Shown here piece after piece: positions 37,431 to 50,108 of a stretch of DNA of 64,000 nucleotides. The stretch comes from Azolla caroliniana (Eukaryota > Plantae > Polypodiophyta): the NCBI GenBank assembly GCA_043228905.1, contig JBHGNT010000001.1, forward strand, positions 25,358,001 through 25,422,000, written 5' to 3'. Position numbers and translations under genes: made by a program. The notes under the pieces were generated by a model. That model did no database searches, was not told where the DNA came from, and worked only from the letters and a program-made list of their open reading frames with translations. Within the stretch, counting starts at the first letter, position 1, and every line of letters starts with the position of its first letter.

Positions 37431-38133
37431 TGATGGTTGAAGAAGGTTGCGACAACTCTAGAGGAAGTGATGAGGACAAGTTCACTCCTTCAATCGACAA
37501 TGAATTTAGTGTCCACATTATGAGAACACTAAGAGCAAAGAAGGCCCTTCAATGTCAATGTCGATGATGTACATAAGAGAAGAATCTCGTTGCTCTGTAC
37601 GGATACAATAAATATGTCTCATATTTCATTGTTGCATGGGTTTCGAAAGTTCACATCTCACAATTACCCATATGATGCACTTCCTTTGTTCTCCCCTTTG
37701 CCAATGTTGGTCAATCTTCTTCCTTTTTCTCGATAAAGATTGTTTCCGAAATATGAATAGAGCTTTTGGCATTATGAACCAAATTTCTTCTTGTTTCTAG
37801 TGTAGTTCTTTTCAATTGTAACACCGGTTGTAGGCTAGAGAACATGAGTGGTGCCATATATGGGACAAGTGTATACACAGGTGCAAATATACTATTCAAA
37901 ACCATTATGCAGTAATGACAAGTAATGCAACACTTGAACAACAAAAGATAATAGGATCACCACATAATTGCTTTGATAACCAGCGAAGAGGGGGAACGCA
38001 AGGGAACGTGGGTAAATAAAGAAGAACCCAAGTCTCAAGAGTTATTCTTGATAATATAGAAAGAGGGAAAGAAGACTTGGGTGACCCCATATCGGCTTTC
38101 GAGAAGAATGTTCAATGCGTCGCATTAGGTTTA

Positions 38134-38590
38134 TGTTACGAGCATGACCATATAATATCCCGTGGTGAGAATTTATTGTAGTATTCTATACATGTGGATA
38201 AGTGTGAGGGTTAAACGAGAGTGTAAAGAAGGGGAGTATTACTTTTAATCCTCGGGATTGAGACAACCCATGAGGTCAAGTGTGAACTTGCCTGGGGGCC
38301 TTGGGTATCGCTATAAATAAGAGGCCTAGCTACCCTCATTTGATCATCTTTTTGACTACATCGAGACTCTGCTCTTGTGGTGGGTTCAACTCTTGTAGCG
38401 AGCGCGACAGCACCAGGTACGACTTGACGCCACGTCGGTGGTATGGGACGCCGATCGAGGCTCGAGTCCGTCTCGATCCCTTCGCTCGGGGGTGGTCGGG
38501 TGGATTGACACCCTTCTTTCTCTTTCTCCTTTCTATCTATCATTAGTTTATCCTTATCTTAAGCTTACTTTAGTACCTAGATCTCTAATA
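38134..38590 (+). mobile_element. Solo LTR (457 bp) of the chromovirus family found at 58024 and 62714
   Basis: Reverse complement of LTRs 62714-63168 and 58024-58478. Perfect 5-bp TSD gttta at 38129-38133 and 38591-38595. Ends are TG...TA. Confidence 0.93.
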
Positions 38591-38834
38591 GTTTATGTGG
38601 GGGGAGGGGGGGGGGGGGGGGGGTAATTGGTACATCCCTCAGATCTTCACTTTTGACAATGACACAAACAACGACATTGACACCAACAATGATCAAGACC
38701 ACGATCACGACGAGGACTATGACCTAGACCAAGACCAGGACCAAGACCACGATCACGATGAGGACCAAGACCAGGAGGAGGAGCACGATGAATGCCGGTG
38801 GGTGGGTGTTCGGGCGCAATAAGGAGACGTTGAC

Positions 38835-39229
38835 TAATAGTCGGCAACGGTTCAGGTTGAACTGAATCGAACATCAAAACCGCAACTTAATGACTTAATG
38901 GTTTGGTTTCGTTTAGGTTTTCCTAAATGGTTTGGTTTGGTTTCAACACTTAGCAATTGCGGTTTAAATGGTTTAACGGTTTTTAAATTTATTTTTGTAA
39001 AATTTTTAAAATTTAAAACAATCTCTTCGTTTGAAAATTAAAAATTAAAAATAATGAAATATGTCAAAAATTGAAAATAGCGAACTATTTTAAAATTTAA
39101 ATCTTGAATTTTGACCTAAGTTGAAAACTGAAACGGAGCCAGGAAACCACGATTTTAACGGTTTGTAATGATTTGGGTTTTGACACTCTCAAACCGAACC
39201 GAACCGAACCGAACCATTGCCTATTGTTA
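38835..39229. mobile_element. hAT-type MITE immediately upstream of NTR
   Basis: TIRs taatagtcggcaacggttc / gaaccattgcctattgtta, same family as 43400-43928. TSD is degenerate (acgttgac / aggtttgac). Confidence 0.85.
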
Positions 39230-39397
39230 AGGTTTGACCTTAGGAGGGGAGAGCGTTTGCTGGGAATATAAGGAAGGAAGGAAGCAGAGGATATACATAT
39301 ATGATCAGAGAGCAGAGCAGAGCAGAGCAGAGGAGAGGCCCCTTCCATTCCCTCCATTTCCTGGGTGTGCGTTGAATTGTTTTTGAGGGGCACGTTG

Positions 39398-42300
39398 ATG
39401 TGCCTCACCTCGCTGCTGCTCTCTAGGGTTTCTACTGCCACCACGAGGTCACGCTTCCTACGCTTCCCCTTCTTCCCCCTCATCTTCAGTAGAAGCACAA
39501 CAAGCGCATCGGCAATGGTGGGGAAGGAGGATGACGAGAAGGCAGTTCTTTGGACCCCGGTTTGCATCATCGGCTCCGGCCCTGCTGCACACACGGCTGC
39601 GATCTACGCCTCCCGTGCCGAGCTCAACCCCATCCTCTTCGAAGGATGGATGGCCAATGGGATCGCGCCAGGCGGCCAGCTCACCACCACCACGGATGTC
39701 GAGAATTTCCCCGGCTTCCCCGATGGCATCACGGGCCTCGAGATCACCGATCGCTTTCGCCAGCAGAGCCTCCGCTTCGGCACCCGCATCTTCTCCCAGA
39801 CAGTTGGAAGAGTCGACCTGTCCTCACGCCCCTTCAAGGTCTTCACGGACGAAGGCAAAGAGGTAGAGGCAGACACTGTTATTGTGGCCACTGGAGCTGT
39901 TGCGAAACGGTTGGATTTCAAAGGCTCGGGTGATGGGGAAGAGGGATTCTGGAACAAGGGCATCTCGGCTTGTGCTGTTTGTGATGGCGCCGCCCCCATA
40001 TTTAGGAACAAACCCTTGGCGGTCATCGGAGGTGGCGACTCTGCGATGGAGGAAGCCACATTCCTCACAAAGTTTGGATCCATTGTCTACATCGTCCATA
40101 GGCGTGATGCTTTTCGAGCGAGTAAAATCATGCAAAAGAGGGTCCATGAAAATCCTAAGATCAAGATCCTTTGGAACTCTGAGGTGGTCGAAGCAACGGG
40201 AAATGAAAGGGGCTTACTCTCTAGCATCAAGGTGAAGAATGTAGTCACGGGGAGTACAGAGGATGTTGATGTGTCTGGACTTTTCTTCGCTATAGGTCAT
40301 GAGCCTGCATCCAAGTTCTTGGATGGACAACTGGAGACAGACACTGATGGTTATGTCATAACAAAACCTGGCACTACACAAACCAGTGTTGCGGGGGTAT
40401 TTGCTGCAGGGGACGTGCAAGACAAGAAATGGAGACAAGCAATAACATCAGCTGGAACAGGTCCTTTTTTTCCATCATCTCTAGTCTCACTATTATCTCT
40501 TTGTTTATTGTGCACTACAGTACAATTTATTACGAAAAGGCTAGACTGCTTTACAGGTTTTCTTTGGAAAAACGTCAAAAATACCCCTAATGTCATCTTC
40601 TTTATTTTCTGGAATGCCCCCAGTTCACCTACTAGAGAGGGAAAAGGGGCTTTTCGGCCCTATCTTTGAGAAAAAAGAGATGAATTGACCATATAATTGC
40701 TTGTCTAAGACATAAATGTTAAACAGGGAAGTGATCAAGGGCAAAGGAATAAACTTAGGGGTATTTGGGGATAAAAAAAATCAGGTATTTCAAAGTTTTC
40801 ACCTTTACCAAATAGCCTCCTAAGGGTCAAGGCGCTTTGTAAAAGACTAGAATCTCTGCCAGGCATGCTTTTGGGCCACCTAATATCTCTATGCAACTAG
40901 ACACCTCATCTATATGAAGACAAATGAGAGTGGCGATAGTGGGTATTGTTGTTTCACTACAATTATGCCATGACATCTGATTATCTTTGCCAAACATGCT
41001 CTTGAACCACCCAATCTACCTATGCAATTGAATACCTTCTCTATAGTCAAAAATCAAAGAGAGGAAGTGATATTGGGCATACTTGTTTCACTCCAATCGT
41101 GCTTGCGACAACTGCTGAGAACCTATTAGGGAGCTCACACTCTTCCTAACACTGATTTTCATATAGTGTGCAGATTGCCCATTGCATATCTACCAGGAAT
41201 CCAAGGGCCTCTAGTCGCTGCTTGAATGCAAAGGCTTTCCAGAAATCCACAAAGCAGCAAGAAATTCTCCTTCTAAAAATTAGCATCGAGATGAAAATTC
41301 TCAGCAACCTAGAAAAAGAGTGGGCGTTGAAATAGATTTGGTGATTACGTTGAAGGCTGGATCATACACTTTCAAAGTCGGAGCATACATCTACTTAGTA
41401 CAAGTCTACTTGAAAGTGGTGATATACATGCTTCCAAAGTTTATAAATTATAATAGCAAGTGCACCCTCTTATCAAGGATGAAGCAGAATATCCCTAGAA
41501 CATTTGAAGAGCTTGGATATTGTCAATAATGACATTCAGAAAGAAGCGCATAAATACTTTTTAGTAGCTAATGAGATGCCTATCAACAAGGCAATTAGAA
41601 GGAAACTAGATAAACTAGTTAATGAAGAAAAAGATACCTTCTTGAGAGATTGTTAGTGCTGCTTCAGTAGATGTTCTTCAGTAAGTCTATGTTTTGGCAG
41701 TAGATAAAAGAACTTACTTAAGATTTCCAAAGAGTTTAGGAAAAGTATCTAGTCAAATAGCTTTAAAGTGGTGTTTTAAATGGTCGTATATCACATTTCA
41801 CCAACTTGTCCTTTTCTTTCTAAAGGGAAACCTGAGATGGATTCTAATTAGGAAAATCAGGTGAGTAACAAGTTTTTCCTCATTATGAAATAATCTATCG
41901 ATCTGTCTTTAGCAATGGTTACATAACTCCAGTTTTGATGCACTCGAAAAATGGAACATACTACATTACTGTCATATACACCTACAAGAGTCCCACCTAC
42001 AAACATCAACAAAATAAGCTTTGAAGTTGATCAAGACTGATGCTCATGCATGAACCTTGAGAGTGAAAGGACCCAAATGGATCTCAAACTAGTAACATAG
42101 TTGCTGCCCGTTGTATCACCCAAGCTAGGTCTAGTATATGAGAAGGCACAGCAACTATAGGATTGTATGTCCTATACCACCTGGCCCCACTCCCATGGGG
42201 TGCCATTGTGTTATTCTCTAGCCAGCCTGATAAACTGGGGTTATCTTACCACAAATGAATCTTGAATAATGGCATAAATCTCTCTCAGACTTTGAATAAT

Positions 42301-45300
42301 GCACATGAGCAACTATAAGATTGTATGTCCTATACCACCTGGCCCCATTCCCATAGGGTGTCACTGTGCTATACTCTAGCCAGCCTGATAAATGTGGGTC
42401 ATCTTACAAGAAATGAATCTTGAATAATGCTATAAAGCTCTCTAAGACTATAAATAATGCACATGAGCATCTGAGAATTTTTTGCTAGCATCAATCTCAA
42501 CGATGAATGATTTTCTAGGTTTAATAAATGAAAAACCAGCATGGTAGTGACCAAATGTTTTAATGTATCAGAGTCCAAAGCGCTCATTAAGACTTGTTAG
42601 GTTAAACCATCTAGTAAGGTCTCAAATTCTTCAGACATTTCTCCCCTCATTTTAGATAGAAGTTGTGTTTGAGGAACAACAATTCGTAAAGGAACACCCC
42701 AGGGATACACCCCCCATTTACTCCACATACTTCCTACAAAGTACTGTTCTCTCTCTCTCATCACGAAAAGTCAAGAATATTCCTGATCACAGATTGCGAA
42801 AATGGGCTTGGAAGATAAGATGCAAGGTACATAAAATTAACCTCTCGTCTGGCTGGGTGCTTGACATTATGAAAAGATGGGTGTTAAAAGATCTGTTGGA
42901 GCTTCTAGGTGATGCTATGAAGTATGTGATCGTCAAAGATATATTAATAGAGGCACTAAGGAAGAAGTGGCAAGATACTAAAATGGCGAAATTGGAATGT
43001 TACATTGCAAATGTTAACCCCCAATACAGGATAAAATGTGAGAACGAATACATCTTACTAACCCCATGAGCCTTGGCTCTCGGAGAGCCTTAACACTTCT
43101 TTGAACTCCCTCACACAAATTAGGTGCTGAGGTAGCATCATGGCATCATTTCCCTAGTATATACAAAGTATGCAATGAAACAGGATGAATAACACTTACT
43201 TCTCCCATGCTTAATGTATAATGTAATTTGTGACAAGTATGATGACTTATTAGATGGAAATGATACTTTTGAGTGTCATACTCAAATCCCACCAAGAAAG
43301 TGAGCACATATGTGTGCATTTATTTCACATAGAGAGTTTCTACTAGAGGGTAGTAACCCCCTACTTAGGAAGGAGCCATATACAAGATATGCTTATTTGT
43401 AACAATCGGCAACGGTTCGGTTCGGTTTGAGAGGGTCCAAACCGAACCATTTAAAAATGTTGAAACCTGAACCAAACCGAAAAGAACCACGAAACCTTTA
43501 AACCAAACCGTTAAACAGTTTACAAACCGTTAAACCGTAAAAACCGCGGTTTCATGGTTCAGTTTCGGTTTTTAACATTGGTCTATTTTATTTTATTTTA
43601 TTGTTAAATTTATAATATTTCATTCTTTAGAATTTTTAGAATTTTTAAGATGTTCCTAAAATGTGAGAATAAGAGTAAAAATGAAAAGATTGTTTAAAAA
43701 CAATTTTTAAAATTTTTTAGAATTTTTTCAAAATTTTAAAATCTTTTTTAAAAAAATTTAAAAATTTAAAACCGTTAAACCGTTTAAACCGCGGTTTTTG
43801 ACTGCTGAAACCAAACCGAACCGTTTTTAAAAACCTAAACCTGAACCAAACCGAACTGAACCGTTGAAATCGTTAAGCCGTTAAACCGCGGTTTCGCGGT
43901 TCGGTTCCCGAACCGTTGCTGATTGTTACTTATTTGGTTCCATTGAAAGAGAATCTATTTTATTCTCTGTCTCCCTTTCTTCTTCGATGTTTAGTCTCTA
44001 ACATATTTCTGTACACTTCTGATGTTGCATCTGATCTGTTCTTTCTTCTTTCTTTTTTCAATTATGTGTCGATGATCCATGTTGACCAAATTAATAACAT
44101 AGTTCTACAAATGCAGCAGAGGAGCTCCATTAAATATAAATTCTAAACCGTAAACCTTGACCCAGCCCAGCATGGCTGCGACAGGCCATCAATGAACATG
44201 TATTCAAATGCCATTATGAGTGATGATATTAATGAAGTGCAGTCGGGAAAAACTTTGATTTGGAATCCTTTGTATGAAGATTCTATATTCTCATTCTTAG
44301 AGAATATTGACTACTCTGAATGCATCGAAGATGGTCTGAAAAACTTCAGTTGTAAACCAATTGCTAATGTCGTAAAGCAATACAATGATAGGGTTACTGA
44401 GAAGTGATTTCCATAAATGATTTATCATTTGTTGAAATTTTGTCATACATGGTTGTTAAACCAAGACGGCAAGAGTCAAGTTTCTAAATTGCGTATAGAA
44501 ATTAGTATCTGAAATATTGTGTGATGATTCAAATCTGATGGTAGCTTGATGCTGTCTCTATCTTGGAAAAGTATTAACATGCCATTGAGCTGGTTTATTT
44601 AAAGCATTCTATGGAGGTAAGATGAATTATCAGAAATCTGAGGAGCAGCAGTAGGTAATGGAAATATTCAAACAAACAGTCGGGTAGGCATAACATAAAA
44701 TTCAGCAGGGAAGCAAAGTACTTCAAAGAGGCATAAAAAATGGAGAGAGGCTCATGGACTGGTGGAGTATCGAAAGCCACTTTCTTTCATTTCATATACT
44801 TCAATGTGTTGATAATTTTCCACCTTTGGCATATAATGGAGCAATTGTCTTTTATTCATTTATTGGTGTGAAGTTCATGATGATATCATGATAGTAGCAA
44901 AACAATGATTGTACTGTTCTTATTAGATATATTGATTATATGGCGATCAAAATATTTGGACCAACGTAAAATGATTTGTTATATTCTCTTCAATTTTAAA
45001 AAGGATGTTCATTTGTTGTGTTAAATTAGTCTTCTTAACAGATATTGATCATAATATAAATGTGAAAATTGCTTAATACTGTGGCGGAAACCCCAAAATT
45101 CCCTGAAAAGTGTGCCCTAGCTGTTTCCTCTTAAACTCCACATATGTTCTGCTTGGATGAGAACAGAATCCTTTAGAAGGAGAAGCATGCTACAGACTAC
45201 AGCTATTTAGTATTTGGTAGCAAACAGCTTTGATGCTGTATGATTTAAAAAACAATTAAAAATCTCAGGGTAGAACAATGGCTCTGTTCTAATTTGTTAT

Positions 45301-45521
45301 TATCAGTTTATTTTTGTCTTGACGCTTTGATGTGTTGTAAATTTTCCATGTTTATTCATGGCCATTAATTTTGGCACTTCTATTTTTGTTACTAAGAGTA
45401 AGCATGCTATTGTGATATGAACATCGTTTTTACGATTTGTGTTTTCTCAGGCTGTATGGCTGCATTGGAAGCAGAGCATTACTTGCAAGAGCATGGGATA
45501 CAGAGAGAAAAGTCGGATTGA
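39398..45521 (+). CDS. NTR: NADPH-dependent thioredoxin reductase (NTRA/NTRB type), 2 exons, ~377 aa from the first ATG
   Basis: Exon 1 39398-40460 and exon 2 45451-45521 ([14 protein letters not shown]...KSD*). Motifs: [30 protein letters not shown], active site [24 protein letters not shown]. Second in-frame ATG at 39515. Confidence 0.97.
40830..41270 (-). mobile_element. RTE-like LINE RT fragments in the NTR intron
   Basis: Two broken copies of the GVKQGCPLSP motif on minus ([10 protein letters not shown] and [10 protein letters not shown]). Confidence 0.5.
42151..42469. repeat. Diverged tandem duplication, 158-bp period
   Basis: gcaactata(g/a)gattgtatgtcctataccacctggcccca occurs at 42151 and 42309. 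Confidence 0.85.
42765..43980 (+). mobile_element. 3' fragment of an RTE/RTEX-like LINE, interrupted by a MITE
   Basis: [12 protein letters not shown]...[10 protein letters not shown]...[11 protein letters not shown] is collinear with 18350-19270. Confidence 0.75.
43400..43928. mobile_element. hAT-type MITE (529 bp)
   Basis: TIRs taacaatcggcaacggttcgg / ccgaaccgttgctgattgtta. Perfect 8-bp TSD cttatttg at 43392-43399 and 43929-43936. AAACCG subterminal repeats around an AT-rich core. Confidence 0.95.
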
Positions 45522-46790
45522 CTAGTTTCTTCAACTGGTGGAACATCTCTTTTGCATGTCAACAAATCTCCATCTCGTCTCTGATCTTATTGAAGTCGCA
45601 ATAATTATGTTCACATCTCTCTTGGATACAAATATGCAGGTCTCTTCCAGTTGCACAATCTACACAATGTGAAACAATACTGATCAACTATGATGAATGC
45701 CTGCCAGCTTATTTTTCATTTTTTAATCCTTCCATCTTTATATGGGAATTTTAGTATTTGATTGTATGCTCTAAAAACTGGAATTTGTTTTTTGGATTTT
45801 ATTATTTTCCCTTGAAGCCTAAACTTACCCACATGTTAAAATGCGCTTAAGTGTGCAATAATATGTTAACACAGAAGAATTCTACAGGCAAGGATAGAAT
45901 GTTATGTTTTGGAAGCTGTTTTAGAGCAAGTTTGTGAATGCAAAAAGAAAAGGTTGAGTTGGATTCTGATCGAGCTGAAAACAGCATTCTGAATCTTGAG
46001 ATGAAGACCCTTATTATTTCTCATTGCTGGGTAGAGAAAACATGGCTAGTGTTATATATGTTAGAGTTTGTCTTTTGCCAAAGCTTTGGGAAGGGACTGG
46101 ATGAAGAGATGAAAACTGAGTCTTACGTTATATATATATATTAGCATTAAGACTCAGTTTTTTCTGCATAGTAAAATCAGGGTTTCCTTTGTCTCAGAAC
46201 TAGGGTATCATTCCCTTGTGCAACATAATTAGGGTTTTGGTTTTCTGTATAACAGAATCACAGTTTCATTTTCCTTTGCAGCAGAATCATGGTTTTATTT
46301 TTTGTTTGATTGTTCTTTCTTTCTTTTATTGCTTCCAAAGAAAGTGTTGGTCATGAGGTTTATGAAGTTGTCCTTACAACTCGAGGGCACTATGCACAAG
46401 TGATTGAGGACATATATTGGCCAAAAAACCTTGTCCACCATTGTTAGGTTGAACAAGTGGCAAAATAATGACTTCACCCTTATCAATCAAGTGCTTGAAC
46501 TCAAGCTTGAGGTGAACCTTTCTCAATTGCAGGAAACTGTCCGGTGTTCTCAATTAACTAACGTCACACAAATTTTGATACATCAGCATTTCCAACATTC
46601 CAAAATGATGCTCAAAAGATCTTTCAAAATATAGGTTATTAGACTTTGACAAACCTTTGTCCAACCACTTGATGTGCAGAAGTATATTGATGGTGTAGCG
46701 TTTCTTAAAAGATCCAAAATTTGTCCAAAATCAGCCTAATGCAAATAATGCAATGTATATTCATGGAATTTGGTAAATTATTCTCTACAT

Positions 46791-47086
46791 ACAAATATTA
46801 TAATGGTGTAGTGGTAAAGTTGTAGTTCCAAATTGTAAGGTGGCCTATCAAGCCTTTAGGAATGGGCATTTGTTATAAACCCATCTTATTTTCAATTTGG
46901 ACAATGTCCATTGATAGTCTCCTTAAAATATGTCTTGAACAAATATTATAATGGTGTAGTGGTAAAGTTGTAGTTCCAAATTGTAAGGTGGCCTATCAAG
47001 CCTTTAGGAATGGGCATTTGTTATAAACCCATCTTATTTTCAATTTGGACAATGTCCATTGATAGTCTCCTTAAAATATGTCTTGA
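46791..47086. repeat. Perfect 148-bp tandem duplication
   Basis: 46791-46938 equals 46939-47086 by inspection. Confidence 0.92.
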
Positions 47087-48049
47087 AAAAACACCTTCCG
47101 CAACCCAATGGTTAACAACACAATTGCTTTTGTGCAATGCCAATATTTTTTTGTGGCAATCCAATCTCTAAGTTTTGTCTCGGTAAATTGCTTTCCAAAG
47201 AGCAACTTTGGTAATGCATAAGATTGTTTGTATGTAACAGATCATTACATATTTAGTAAAATTAGATAGAGTTTTTTTTGCTACTTTATTTTTTATTTTA
47301 AAAAACCAATAGATAGAATATAATTCGCACCAATAATTATTTTATTCTCTCAAATTAGGACAATGAGAAAAAAGAATGGCTACAAAGAACTTAACCTCAT
47401 GTTGTATACAAGTGTGACACATGGACAACTTTGTCTTTGATTATTGAAGAAATTAATTATTATGATGAGAAGTTCAAGATGTCATGTGTCATTGTATGTG
47501 GGGAGATTACAAACAATCCAATTTTGTACATATTTTGCACATTGGTTGGTATGTGTAACACTTAATGCTCTTAAGGACACAACACACTTCATCATTGAGG
47601 ATGGAATTGCTAGGCAACGAAAGAAGGACGAAGGGTTGGAATCATTGAACCTTGTCTAAATGAGTTACAAGTTGAAATAATAGATGTTTCCCATGGAAGA
47701 AAGGTGAATGCCTAAATGATTACACATATTCTATTAAGAAACATGGGCGTGATGTATGTCATATCCCATAGATAGCTTTCAAGAACATGAAAGAATTGCT
47801 TGCCAAAGCCCAAGCTATCAATTGTTTCCCTTACAAGTCAACAATAGAAAACTTCAAGCACATTTGCCTTAATGTTCCCTCCATTTAAATGTAGTGGGGG
47901 AGAAATCAAATGTGGTACTCATGGATTGGAAAGAGCAACACCAATGTGAAAGAGTAATATAAGTCCAATTGGATAGAGTTTAAAATGTTCTGAAATAAGT
48001 TTGATATTCTTGATATTATGATATTAATGCCTTACATGTTCCTCCTCGG

Positions 48050-49165
48050 GACTCAGTCATTTCCCACTAGAATTATAGGTCATTTCCCACTAGAATTATA
48101 GGTATGGGGAAGGTTGTGGGAGTAATGTTGCAACCCACTCAATAGGGATGCTGGACATGAAAATGACCGGTCAATGTGATAACAATTATGCAAAACAAAG
48201 AACTCCTTTGCAAAGAGGCATACATAAAATATACATGTAGGCAAAGATGCATGCAATCAAGGAATCAATGTGCACAGTAGGACGCAAGGTAACAATCATA
48301 GGATCATGTTTTTTTATCCTAGGAAAGTTCTACCCCTTACAAAAGAACTATGCAAAAAACACATGTAGGCATAGGTACATGCAATCAACCAAATCAATGT
48401 GCATGGTAGGACACTAGGTAACAATCATAGTACTATGTTTATATCCTTGGAAAGTCCCATCCCTTTCAAAATCAATGGTCATTGATTGCTAAATGCACTG
48501 AAGAGAAAATATGCAACATTACAGACATGGATGCAATGATTGGACACGTGCAAGCAAAAATGTTAGATTTCTCAATAGACTTATCTGACAAATATGCTCA
48601 AGTAGAAAATTCCAAATGGAGATGACATTCATGGGACCACACTATAAAGTACACAAAGATAATCCACAATAAGTATGATGAACTCTATGCATCTTGTAGC
48701 TCGTAAAAAACACTCGAGATGGTAACTACCTCAAACATTTGACCATGTGATACAAGAAAGGGAGGTAGTGGCATCAATTATGAGGAGTCAAATGATGTTT
48801 TAGATTTAGTCAAACAAGGGGGACTAGTGGTGTTGATTGTGTACTAGTCAAACATGATGCCTTAGATTTAGTGAAGCAAGGGATCTAGTCTCTATGTATG
48901 ATGTACTTTAGATTTAGTCAAATGCGACGCCTTTGATTTGATATGATGTACTTTATCTAAGCTCAACTATGCTAAAATGGATTTAGTGTCTTTGTGTGCT
49001 CATCAAACATGTTTTAGATTTAGTAAAGCAAGGGATCTAGTCTCTATGTATGATGTACATTAGATTTAGTCGAATGCGATGCCTTTGATTTGATATGATT
49101 AGTTGAGCTAAAATGGATTTAGTGTCTTTGTGTGCTCAAACATGACGCCTTAAATTTGATGCAAA
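48050..49165. repeat. Cluster of short nested tandem/direct repeats
   Basis: gtcatttcccactagaattatag twice. A diverged repeat pair lies at ~48190-48470. Recurring ttagatttagt units and a duplicated block lie at 48860-49140. Confidence 0.7.
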
Positions 49166-50108
49166 ATGTTCATCTATGCTCAATTGCATTAAAATAGATT
49201 TTTCATTAGTGGCCAAATAATGGATACATGCATTACTAAATCAGGCAGTTGCATAAGATTTGATTCTTGGAGATTGGCAAGGTAACTAGATCAAGGCACT
49301 ATATGAAAGAGGTAATAGAAATCAGCATTGGTATAAATCAGCACTGTCATGATTATACTGGGGACTTGTATGACTACCTCTAGGCAGTACCATGGAGAAT
49401 CAACTCACTGAAGAGAAACATGACATTTGTGGGATCTTGCTACTGAGACAGGTTGGCGTAAAGGACAATGATTGTATTGTTGCTTTCAACTTAATCCCAG
49501 CAGCACAATCGTGGGAAAGAATGAAAAACTTGGCAGATGACATTCAGATCCAAGACATGGATAAAAGGATACGCTTGAGCCTTATTTCCCCAGTACTAAG
49601 CCGTTATAGATGTACACCATATCTGTAACGGAACAATACTTTAAACACAGTTGAGCATATAAATAAATCTGGTGCTTACACCTCTTCCCTTACATAAAGC
49701 TAACATTTGCAATAAAATGCAAAGAATGAGCATACTCTAGGTCCCTTCTCATATAGTTGAAATTTCAAAGAAAACATATAATGATGGAAACCAAACTAAA
49801 ATTCATTTGATTTTTAGCTGTAGCTGGACTAACAGATACTCCAAAGGAACAGAAACTTGGTTTTTTCCAAAATGGCAGAAACAAACATTTCACCAAAAAC
49901 TAATGAATAATATAAACGCAAACACCTAAAATTAAGTCTGCATGTAATACAACTTTATAGTTGAATTCCAGTCATACAAATTGCTCACGAAAAACCCAAC
50001 AATAATTGCAATACCTCATCTTACATAAACAATAATTAAAATCAAAACCAAATTCAGAGTCAATAGGTGTATCCTTAGAGACAATTCGAAATCACTTCTT
50101 GCTATCAT

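Noticed and set aside
39365-40669. 434-aa single-exon NTR from the ORF track
   Set aside because: It starts at GTG and reads into the intron. The conserved C-terminus is exon 2 at 45451-45521.
44192-44560. 71-aa ORF or C/D-box snoRNA in the NTR intron
   Set aside because: No family similarity. TGATGA/CTGA boxes lack terminal stems or a recognisable rRNA guide.
49392-49628. 78-aa plus-strand ORF
   Set aside because: No motif, and it is antisense to the probable 3'UTR of the LRR gene.
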